A DNA stretch of 64,000 nt from Lingula anatina. Its lineage: Eukaryota; Animalia; Brachiopoda. The DNA is taken from the NCBI GenBank assembly GCA_051362555.1, contig CM120640.1, positions 30,461,967 through 30,525,966 of the forward strand. Reading direction: 5' to 3'. Positions within the stretch are counted from its first letter, which is position 1, and every line of letters begins with the position of its first letter. The notes beneath the pieces are model-generated. The model was not told the origin of the DNA. It saw only the letters and a program-made list of their open reading frames with translations, and searched no databases. Both the position numbers and the translations under genes were made by a program. Shown here piece after piece: positions 12,970 through 24,600 of the stretch.

Positions 12970-13121
12970 CTGTCAACTATAGAGGAAAGGACCTTGGCAA
13001 CACTTGCTGCATCCTTAGAAAGAATTGGGAATGTCTCCGTCCACTTGGTGTAGTAGTCCGACAGAGTGAGGATGTATCTATTGCCATTCTCTGATAACAA
13101 CACAGGGCCTATCAGGTCAAT
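12970..13121 (-). pseudogene. integrase exon A (first catalytic D)
   Basis: IDLIGPVLLSENGNRYILTLSDYYTKWTETFPILSKDAASVAKVLSSIVD(R), within ORF 12945-13214. The expected donor reads AG|ttatgt. Confidence 0.85.
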
Positions 13122-14782
13122 TAAGCTTAACAACTTTAATAATTTAATAACTTTTAGAATCTGAGGTAAGCTGATCAGTTGAATGTGTCTAATGAAAAGT
13201 GTTTTTTGAGACAATATATTTGAGAAAACTGAAAATTACATTAAAAAGACTGGCAAATCGAATTGCTTAAAATAGTTAAACATTAATAATTTTGTCAAAT
13301 CTTGTCAGATATTTCTGAAATTTGTACAAATAATGCTTAGCAACAGTAAAAATCTGTTATGAGCTGATCACTTGTCTGTGTCTAATGAAAAGTATTTTCT
13401 TTGGATGATATATTTGAGAAATCTAATAATTATATAAAGATTATTTTTTCATTCACAAATGGCTAGGCAACATAATACTAACTAGAGAAATGGTAATGCA
13501 CTAATTGTATTGTATCGTCATTAGTATATCATATTGTACAAGATCATGACAACCTATGTACCAGTACAGAAATAAATTGAATTGAGTTGAATAATTACAC
13601 TGAAAACACTGTGACTTAATATAGTTAAACATTAATAATTTTGACAAATTTTGTCCAGTGTTTCTGAAATCTGTACAAATGATGCTTAACAATAATAAAA
13701 ATCTGTGATAAGCTGATCAGTTATCTGAGTTTTTTTTTAAGTGTCAAGTGTATGGGAAATTAATCAACAGAAGAGTGAGAATTAACCAAAACAAATATTT
13801 CAATATTGCAATGTATTATTTACAGCAAATGTGATGATTTGAGGTTGTTTGTGTAAGAGGTTGCAAATTACCTTATTAATTAAAATAATTAAACATTAAT
13901 AATTTTGTCAAATCTGGTCCAATATTTATGAAATTTGTACAAATGATGCTAAACAACAATAAAAATCAGTGACAAGCTGATCAGTTGTCTGTGTCTAATG
14001 AAAAGTGTTTTTTTGGACAACATATTTGGGAAAACTGAAAATTACATTAAAAAGACTGGGAATTTGCAGACTTGAAATAGTTAAAAGTTAATAATTTTGT
14101 CTAATCTAGTCCAATATTTCTGAAATTTGTACAAATGATGCTTAACAACAATAAAAATCTGTGATAAGCTGATCAATTGTCTGTGTCTAATGAAAAATGT
14201 TTCTTGGGACAACATATTTGGGAAAACTGAAAATTACATTGAAAAGACTTGCAAATCCCAGGCCTTAAAATAGTTAAACATTAATAATTTTATCAAATCT
14301 TGTCCTATATTTCTGAAATTTGTACAAATGATGCTTAACAACAATAAAAATCTGTGATAAGCTGATCAGTTGTCTGTTTCTAATGAAAAGTTTTTTTAAG
14401 GACAATATATTTGCAAAAAAACAAAAATTATATTGAAAAGACTGGCAAATCCCAGGCCTTAAAATAGTTAAACGTTAAAAATTTTGTCAAATCTAGTCCA
14501 ATATTTATGAAATTTGTACAAATGATGCTTAACAATAATAAAAATCTGTGATAAGCTGATCAGTTGTCTGTGTCTAATGAAAAGTGTTTTTTGGGACAAC
14601 ATATTTGGGAAAACTGAAAATTACATTGAAAAGACTGACAAATCCCAGGCCTTAAAATAGTTAAACGATAATAATTTTGTCAAATCTTGTCCTATATTTC
14701 TGAAATTTGTACAAATGATGCTTAACAAAAATAAAAATCTGTGATAAGCTGATCAGTTATCTGAGTCTTTTCTTTTAAGTGT

Positions 14783-15158
14783 CAAGTGTATGGGAAATTG
14801 ATCATCAGAAGAGTGAGAATTAACCAAAACAAATATTTCAATATTGCTATGTATTATTTACTCTGAAAGTAAACAGCAAATGTGATGATTTGAGGTTGTT
14901 TGTGTAAGAGGTTGCAAATTACCTATAACTGTCATCTGGAAAACAATATATACCATACAAGAGTTCTCCTTACTACCTCTGCAAGATGCAGATTAGTCCT
15001 TCCTGGAAGGGGTTGTTGTTATCACAATACTCAACAAGGCCCTAAATCTTGCCAAATATCATGTATTGTACACATGGAGAAGACACAGTGCTACTCTTGG
15101 TGGTATCTTTCACTAACTGCTTTTTAAGCTTTTTCATGGTGAGGGTACTCTGAAACAA
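14783..15158. repeat. ~377-bp non-satellite insert in a diverged monomer (570-571-bp composite unit); first full copy of 21
   Basis: Units (ttatctgagtc...) start near 14757, 16098, 17627, 20705, 21661, 25331, 28992, 32752, 36603, 37752, 39095, 40432, 43899, 48135, 50248, 51977, 56213, 57362, 58705, 60042 and 63315. A deleted copy lies at ~13720. Confidence 0.95.
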
Positions 15159-18100
15159 GAACAATATAACTGAAAGGACTGAAAATTACATTTCAAAAGA
15201 AAGACAAATTTGGTGACTTAATTAAAATAATTAAACGTTAATAATTTTGTCAAATCTGGTCCAATATTTCTGAAATTTGAACAAATGATGCTAAACAACT
15301 ATAAAAATCAGTGATAAGCTGATCAGTTGTCTGTGTCTAATGAAAAGTGTTTTTTTGGACGACATATTTGGGAAAACTGAAAATTACATTGAAAAGACTG
15401 GCAAAACCCAGACCTTAAAATAGTTAAACATTAATAATTTTGTCAAATCTTGTGGAATATTCCTGAAATTTGTACAAATGATGCTTAACAATAATAAAAA
15501 TCTGTGATAAGCTGATCAGTTGTCTGTTTCTAATGAAAAGTTTTTTTTAGGACAATATATTTGCGAAAACCAAAAATTACATTGAAAATACTGGGAATTC
15601 GCAGGACTTGAAATAGTTAAACGTTAATAATTTTGTCAAAACTTGTCTTATATTTCTGAAATTTGTACAAATGATGCTTAACAACAATAGAAATCTGTGA
15701 TAAGCTGATCAAATGTCTGTATTGAATGAAAAGTGTTTTTTGGGACAACAAATTTCGGAAAACTGAAAATTACATTGAAAAGACTGGTAAATCCCAGGCC
15801 TTAAAATAGTTAAACGTTAATAATTTTGTCAAATTTTGTCCTATATTTCTGAAATTTGTACAAATGATGCTTAACAAAAATAGAAATCTGAGAAAAGCTG
15901 ATCAGTTGTTTGTATTGAATGAAAAGTGTTTTTTAGGACAATATATTTGTGAAAACCAAAAATTACATTGAAAAGACTGGCAAAACCCAGACCTCAAATA
16001 GTTAAACATTAATAATTTTGTCAAATCTGCTGGAATATTTCTGAAATTTGTACAAATGATGCTTAACAATAATAAAAATCTGTGATAAGCTGATCAGTTA
16101 TCTGAGTCTTTTCTTTTAAGTGTCAAGTGTATGGAAAATTGATCATCAGAAGAGTGAGAATTAACCAAAACAAATATTTCAATATTGCAATGTATTATTT
16201 ACTCTGAAAGTAAACAGCAAATGTGATGATTTGAGGTTGTTTGTGTAAGAGGTTGCAAATTACCTATAACTGTCATCTGGAAAACAATATATACCATACA
16301 AGAGTTCTCCTTACTACCTCTGCAAGATGCAGATTAGTCCTTTCTGGAAGGGGTTGTTGTTATCACAATACTCAACAAGGCCCTAAATCTTGCCAAATAT
16401 CATGTATTGTACACATGGAGAAGACACAGTGCTACTCTTGGTGGTATCTTTCACTAACTGCTTTTTAAGCTTTTTCATGGTGAGGGTACTCTGAAACAAG
16501 AACAATATAACTGAAAGGACTGAAAATTACATTTGAAAAGAAAGACAAATTCGGTGACTTAATTAAAATAATTAAACGTTAATAATTTTGTCAAATCTGG
16601 TCTAATATTTCTGAAATTTGTACAAATTATGCTTAACAACAATAGAAATCTGTGATAAGCTGATCAGTTGTTTGTATAGAATGAAAAGTGTTTTAAATAT
16701 ATTTGCGAAAACCAAAAATTACATTGAAAAGACTGGGAATTCGCAGGACTTGAAATAGTTAAACATTAATAATTTTGTCAAATCAATTCCAATATTTATG
16801 AAATTTGTACAAATGATGCTTAACAACAATAAAAATCTGTGATATGCTGATCAGTTGTCTGTGTGTAATAAAAAGTGTTTTTTGGGACAACAAATTTGGG
16901 AAAACTGAAAATTACATTGAAAAGACTGGTAAATCCCAGGCCTTAAAATAGTTAAACGTTAATAATTTTGTCAAATTTTGTCCTATATTTCTGAAATTTG
17001 TACAAATAATGCTTAACAGCAATAAAAATCTGTGATAAGCTGATCAGTTGTCTGTGTTTAATGAAAAGTGTTTTTTTGGACAACATATTTGGGAAAACTG
17101 AAAATTACATTGAAAAGACTGGGAATTCGCAGGACTTGAAATAGTTAAACGTTAATAATTTTGTCAAATCTTGTCCTATATTTATGAAATTTGTACAAAT
17201 GATGCTTAACAACAATAGAAATCTGTGATATGCTGATCAGTTGTTTGTATAGAATGAAAAGTGTTTTTTAGGACAATATATTTGCGAAAACCAAAAATTA
17301 CATTGAAAAGACTGGGAATTTGCAGGACTTGAAATAGTTAAACGTTAATAATTTTGTCAAATCTATTCCAATATTTATGAAATTTGTACAAATGATGCTT
17401 AACAACAATAAAAATCTGTGATATGCTGATCAGTTGTCTGTGTGTAATGAAAAGTGTTTTTTGGGACAACAAATTTGGGAAAACTGACAATTACATTGAA
17501 AAGACTGGCAAAACCCAGACCTCAAAATAGTTAAACGTTAATAATTTTGTCAAATCTGGTGGAATATTTCTGAAATTTGTACAAATGATGCTTAACAATA
17601 ATAAAAATCTGTGATAAGCTGATCAGTTATCTGAGTCTTTTCTTTTAAGTGTCAAGTGTATGGGAAATTGATCATCAGAAGAGTGAGAATTAACCAAAAC
17701 AAATATTTCAATATTGCAATGTATTATTTACTCTGAAAGTAAACAGCAAATGTGATGATTTGAGGTTGTTTGTGTAAGAGGTTGCAAATTACCTATAACT
17801 GTCATCTGGAAAACAATATACACCCATACAAGAGTTCTCCTTACTACCTCTGCAAGATGCAGATTAGTTCTTTCTGGAAGGGGTTGTTGTTATCACAATA
17901 CTCAACAAGGCCCTAAATCTTGCCAAATATCATGTATTGTACACATGGAGAAGACACAGTGCTGCTCTTGGTGGTATCTTTCACTAACTGCTTTTAAGCT
18001 TTTTCATGGTAAGGGTACTCTGAAACAAGAACAATATAACTGAAAGGACTGAAAATTACATTTGAAAAGAATGACAAATTCGGTGACTTAATTAAAATAA

Positions 18101-21100
18101 TTAAACGTTAATAATTTTGTCAAATCTGGTCCAATATTTCTGAAATTTGAACAAATGATGCTTAACAACAATAAAAATCAGTGATAAGCTGATCAGTTGT
18201 CTGTGTCTAATGAAAAGTGTTTTTTGGGACAACAAATTTGGGAAAACTGAAAATTACATTGAAAAGACTGGCAAATCCCAGGCCTTAAAATAGTTAAACG
18301 TTAATAATTTTGTAAAATTTTGTCCTATATTTCTGAAATTTGGACAAATGATGCTTAACAAAAATAGAAATCTGTGATAAGCTGATCAGTTGTCTGTATT
18401 GAATGAAAAGTGTTTTTTAGGACAATATATTTGCGAAAACCAAAAATTAAATTGAAAAGACTGGGAATTCGCAGGACTTAAAATAGTTAAACGTTAATCA
18501 TTTTCTCAAATCTAGTCCAATATTTATGAAATTTGTACAAATGATGCTTAACAACAATAAAAATCTGTGATAAGCTGATCAGTTGTCTGTGTTTAATGAA
18601 AAGTGTTTTTTGGGACAACATATTTGGGAAAACTGAAAATTACATTGAAAAGACTGGAAAAACCCAGACCTTAAAATAGTTAAACATTATTAATTTTGTC
18701 AAATCTTGTGGAATATTTCTGAAATTTGTACAAATAATGCTTAACAACAATAAAAGTCTGTGATAAGTTGATCAGCTGTCTGTGTGTAATGAAAAGTGTT
18801 TTTTGGGACAACATATTTGGGAAAACTGAAAATTACATTGAAAAGACTGGCAAAACCCAGACCTTAAAATAGTTAAACATTAATAATTTTGTCAAATCTT
18901 GTGGAATATTTCTGAAATTTGTACAAATAATGCTTAACAACAATAAAAGTGTGTGATAAGCTGATCAGCTGTCTGTGTGTAATGAAAAGTGTTTTTTGGG
19001 ACAACATATTTGGGAAAACTGAATATTACATTGAAAAGACTGGGAATTCGCAGGACTTGAAATAGTTAAACGTTAATAATTTTGTCAAATCTTGTCCTAT
19101 ATTTCTGAAATTTGTACAAATGATGCTTAAAAACAATAGAAATCTGTGATAAGCTGATCAGTTGTCTGTATTGAATGAAAAGTGTTTTTTAGGACAATAT
19201 ATTTGCGAAAACCAAAAATTACATTGAAAAGACTGGGAATTCGCAGGACTTGAAATAGTTAAACGTTAATCATTTTGTCAAATCTAGTCCAATATTTATG
19301 AAATTTGTACAAATGATGCTTAACAACAATAAAAATCTGTGATAAGCTGATCAGTTGTCTGTGTCTAATGAAAAGTTTTTTTTTGGGACAACATATTTGG
19401 GAAAACTGAAAATTACATTGAAAAGACAAGCAAAACCCAGACCTTAAAATAGTTAAACATTAATAATTTTGTCAAATCTTGTGGAATATTTCTGAAATTT
19501 GTACAAATGATGCTTAACAGGAATAAAAATCTGTGATAAGCTGATCAGTTGTCAGTTTCTTATGAAAAGTTTTTTAGGACAATATATTTGCGAAAAACCA
19601 AAAATTACATTGAAAAGACTGGCAAATCCCAGGCCTCAAAATAGTTAAATGTTAATAATTTTGTCAAATCTAGTCCAATATTTCTGAAATTTGTACAAAT
19701 AATGCTTAACAACAATAAAAGTCTGTGATAAGCTGATCAGCTGTCTGTGTGTAATGAAAAGTGTTTTTTGGGACAACATATTTGGGAAAACTGAAAATTA
19801 CATTGAAAAGACTGGCAAAACCCAGACCTTAAAATAGTTAAACATTAATAATTTTGTCAAATCTTGTGGAATATTTCTGAAATTTGTACAAATAAAGCTT
19901 AACAACAATAAAAGTGTGTGATAAGCTGATCAGCTGTCTGTGTGTAATGAAAAGTGTTTTTTGGGACAACATATTTGGGAAAACTGAATATTACATTGAA
20001 AAGACTGGGAATTCGCAGGACTTGAAATAGTTAAACGTTAATAATTTTGTCAAATCTTGTCCAATATTTCTGAAATTTGTACAAATGATGCTTAACAACA
20101 ATAAAAATCTGTGATATGCTAAGCAGTTGTCTGTGTGTAATGAAAAGTGTTTTTTGGGACAACAAATTTGGGAAAACTGAAAATTACATTGAAAAGACTG
20201 GTAAATCCCAGGCCTTAAAATAGTTAAACGTTAATAATTTTGTCAAATTTTGTCCTATATTTCTGAAATTTGTACAAATGATGCTTAACAAAAATAGAAA
20301 TCTGTGATAAGCTGATCAAATGTCTGTATTGAATGAAAAGTGTTTTTTGGGACAACAAATTTGGGAAAACTGAAAATTACATTGAAAAGACTGGTAAATC
20401 CCAGGCCTTAAAATAGTTAAACGTTAATAATTTTGTCAAATTTTGTCCTATATTTCTGAAATTTGTACAAATGATGCTTAACAAAAAAAGAAATCTGAGG
20501 AAAGCTGATCAGTTGTTTGTATTGAATGAAAAGTGTTTTTTAGGACAATATATTTGTGAAAACCAAAAATTACATTGAAAAGACTGGCAAAACCCAGACC
20601 TCAAATAGTTAAACGTTAATAATTTTGTCAAATCTGGTGGAATATTTCTGAAATTTGTACAAATGATGCTTAACAATAATAAAAATCTGTGATAAGCTGA
20701 TCAGTTATCTGAGTCTTTTCTTTTAAGTGTCAAGTGTATGGGAAATTGATCATCAGAAGAGTGAGAATTAACCAAAACAAATATTTCAATATTGCAATGT
20801 ATTATTTACTCTGAAAGTAAACAGCAAATGTGATGATTTGAGGTTGTTTGTGTAAGAGGTTGCAAATTACCTATAACTGTCATCTGGAAAACAATATATA
20901 CCATACAAGAGTTCTCCTTACTACCTCTGCAAGATGCAGATTAGTCCTTTCTGGAAGGGGTTGTTGTTATCACAATACTCAACAAGGCCCTAAATCTTGC
21001 CAAATATCATGTATTGTACACATGGAGAAGACACAGTGCTACTCTTGGTGGTATCTTTCACTAACTGCTTTTTAAGCTTTTTCATGGTGAGGGTACTCTG

Positions 21101-21660
21101 AAACAAGAACAATATAACTGAAAGGACTGAAAATTACATTTGAAAAGAAAGACAAATTCGGTGACTTAATTAAAATAATTAAACGTTAATAATTTTGTCA
21201 AATCTGGTCTAATATTTCTGAAATTTGAACAAATGATGCTTAACAACTATAAAAATCAGTGATAAGCTGATCAGTTGTCTGTGTCTAATGAAAAGTGTTT
21301 TTTTGGACGACATATTTGGGAAAACTGAAAATTACATTGAAAAGACTGGCAAAACCCAGACCTTAAAATAGTTAAACATTAATAATTTTGTCAAATCTAG
21401 TCCAATATTTATGAAATTTGTACAAATGATGCTTAACAACAATAAAAATCTGTGATAAGCTGATCAGTTGTCTGTGTCTAATGAAAAGTGTTTTTTGGGA
21501 CAACATATTTGGGAAAACTGAAAATTACATTGAAAAGACTGGCAAAACCCAGACCTCAAAATAGTTAAACGTTAATAATTTTGTCAAATCTGGTGGAATA
21601 TTTCTGAAATTTGTACAAATGATGCTTAACAATAATAAAAATCTGTGATAAGCTGATCAG

Positions 21661-24600
21661 TTATCTGAGTCTTTTCTTTTAAGTGTCAAGTGTATGGGAA
21701 ATTGATCATCAGAAGAGTGAGAATTAACCAAAACAAATATTTCAATATTGCAATGTATTATTTACTCTGAAAGTAAACAGCAAATGTGATGATTTGAGGT
21801 TGTTTGTGTAAGAGGTTGCAAATTACCTATAACTGTCATCTGGAAAACATTATATACCCATACAAGAGTTCTCCTTACTACCTCTGCAAGATGCAGATTA
21901 GTTCTTTCTGGAAGGGGTTGTTGTTATCACAATACTCAACAAGGCCCTAAATCTTGCCAAATATCATGTATTGTACACATGGAGAAGACACAGTGCTGCT
22001 CTTGGTGGTATCTTTCACTAACTGCTTTTTAAGCTTTTTCATGGTGAGGGTACTCTGAAACAAGAACAATATAACTGAAAGGACTGAAAATTACATTTGA
22101 AAAGAATGACAAATTCGGTGGCTTAATTAAAATAATTAAACGTTAATAATTTTGTCAAATCTGGTCCAATATTTCTGAAATTTGAACAAATGATGCTTAA
22201 CAACAATAAAAATCAGTGATAAGCTGATCAGTTGTCTGTGTGTAATGAAAAGTGTTTTTTGGGACAACAAATTTGGGAAAACTGAAAATTACATTGAAAC
22301 GACTGGCAAATCCCAGGCCTTAAAATAGTTAAACGTTAATAATTTTGTCAAATTTTGTCCTATATTCCTGAAATTTGTACACATGATGCTTAACAAAAAT
22401 AGAAATCTGTGATAAGTTGACCAGTTGTCTGTATTGAATGAAAAGTGTTTTTTAGGACAATATATTTGCGAAAACCAAAAATTACATTGAAAAGACTGGG
22501 AATTCGCAGGACTTGAAATAGTTAAACGTTAATAATTTTGTCAAATCTGGTTCAATATATCTGCAATTTGTACAAATGATGCTTGACAACAATAAAAATT
22601 AGTGATAAGCTGATCAGTTGTCTGTGACTAATGAAAAATGTTTTTTTGGACAACATATTTGGGAAAACTGAAAATTACATTGAAAAGACTGGGAAAACCC
22701 AGACCTTAAAATAGTTAAACATTAATAATTTTGTCAAATCTTGTGAAATATTTCTGAAATTTGTACAAATAATGCTTAACAACAATAAAAATCTGTGATA
22801 AGCTGATCAATTGTCTGTGTCTAATGAAAAGTGTTTTTTTGGACAACATATTTGGGAAAACTGAAAATTACATGAAAAAGACTGGGAATTTGCAGGACTT
22901 GAAATAGTTAAACGTTAATAATTTTGTCTAATCTAGTCCAATATTTCTGAAATTTGTGCAAATGATGCTTAACTATAATTAAAATCTGTGAGAAGCTGAT
23001 CAGTTGTCTGTGTGTAATGAAGAGTGTTTTTTGGGACAATATATTTGGGAAAACTGAAAATTACATTGAAAAGACTGGGAAAACCCAGACCTTAAAATAG
23101 TTAAACATTAATAATTTTGTCAAATCTTGTGAAATATATCTGAAATTTGTACAAATGATGCTTAACAACAATAAAAATCAGTGATAAGCTGATCAGTTGT
23201 CTGTATTGAATGAAAAGAGTTTTTTTGGACAACATATTTGGGAAAACTGAAAATTACATTGAAAAGACTGGGAAAACCCAGAGCTTAAAAGAGTTAAACA
23301 TTAATAATTTTGTCAAATCTTGTGGAAAATTTCTGAAATTTGTACAAATAATGCTTAACAACAATAAAAATCTGTGATAAGCTGATCAGTTGTCTGTGTC
23401 TAATGAAAAGTGTTTTTTTGGACAACATATTTGGGAAAACTGAAAATTACATGAAAAAGACTGGGAATTTGCAGGACTTGAAATAGTTAAACGTTAATAA
23501 TTTTGTCTAATCTAGTCCAATATTTCTGAAATTTGTACAAATGATGCTTAACTATAATTAAAATCTGTGATAAGCTGATCAGTTGTTTGTGTGTAATGAA
23601 AAGTGTTTTTTGGGACAACAAATTTGGGAAAACTGAAAATTACATTGAAAAGACTGGCAAATCCCAGGCCTTAAAATAGTTAAACGTTAATAATTTTGTC
23701 AAATTTTGTCCTATGTTTCTGAAATTTGTACAAATGATGCTTAACAACAATAGAAATCTGTGATAAGCTGATCAGTTGTCTGTATTGAATGAAAAGTGTT
23801 TTTTAGGACAATATATTTGGGAAAACCAAAAATTACATTGAAAAGACTGGGAATTCGCAGGACTTGAAATAGTTAAACGTTAATCATTTTGTCAAATCTA
23901 GTCCAATATTTATGAAATTTGTACAAATGATGCTTAACAACAATAAAAATCTGTAATAAGCTGATCAGTTGTCTGTGTCTAATGAAAAGTTTTTTTTTTG
24001 GGACAACATATTTGGGAAAACTGAAAATTACATTGAAAAGACAAGCAAAACCCAGACCTTAAAATAGTTAAACATTAATAATTTTGTCAAATCTTGTGGA
24101 ATATTTCTGAAATTTGTACAAATGATGCTTAACAGGTATAAAAGTCTGTGATAAGCTGATCAGCTGTCTGTGTGTAATGAAAAGTGTTTTTTGGGACAAC
24201 ATATTTGGGAAAACTGAATATTACATTGAAAAGACTGGGAATTCGCAGGACTTGAAATAGTTAAACGTTAATAATTTTGTCAAATCTTGTCCTATATTTC
24301 TGAAATTTGTACAAATGATGCTTAACAACAATAGAAATCTGTGATAAGCTGATCAGTTGTCTGTATTGAATGAAAAGTGTTTTTTAGGACAATATATTTG
24401 CGAAAACCAAAAATTACATTGAAAATACTGGGAATTCGCAGGACTTGAAATAGTTAAACGTTAATAATTTTGTCAAATCTGGTCCAATATTTCTGAAATT
24501 TGTACAAATGATGCTTAACAACAATAAAAATCTGTGATATGCTAAGCAGTTGTCTGTGTGTAATGAAAAGTGTTTTTTGGGACAACAAATTTGGGAAAAC

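Larger units (their letters stand above)
10057..13121 (-). pseudogene. intron-containing Gypsy-like DDE integrase (Ginger DNA transposon / GIN-type) pseudogene, 5'-truncated
   Basis: Five phase-compatible exons join into IDLIGP..GNRYILTLSDYYTKW..(R)MGAPKTLLTDQGSEFCNE|LLDDLLKEWGIKHKIIAVHHPQTNELDERF..FAYRTA..TGYCSFFLMFNREARLP..SQAKYKR*YE. This gives a D-D-E rve core and its C-terminal flank, with stops, frameshifts and two damaged donors. Confidence 0.85.

Noticed and set aside
14900-15127. Repeated 75-aa plus-strand ORF (MCKRLQITYNCH...) in five insert copies
   Set aside because: It starts at TTG, has no recognisable motif, and is broken by a 1-bp insertion in most insert copies. Its recurrence only reflects repeat amplification.
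14747-15317. 570-bp composite unit as three diverged monomers
   Set aside because: The length is close to 3x193, but the internal ~377 bp shows no monomer motifs; probably coincidence.
15596-15613. CENP-B-box-like attcgcaggacttgaaa
   Set aside because: It matches only TTCG....A, lacks the essential CGGG, and occurs in only one monomer variant.
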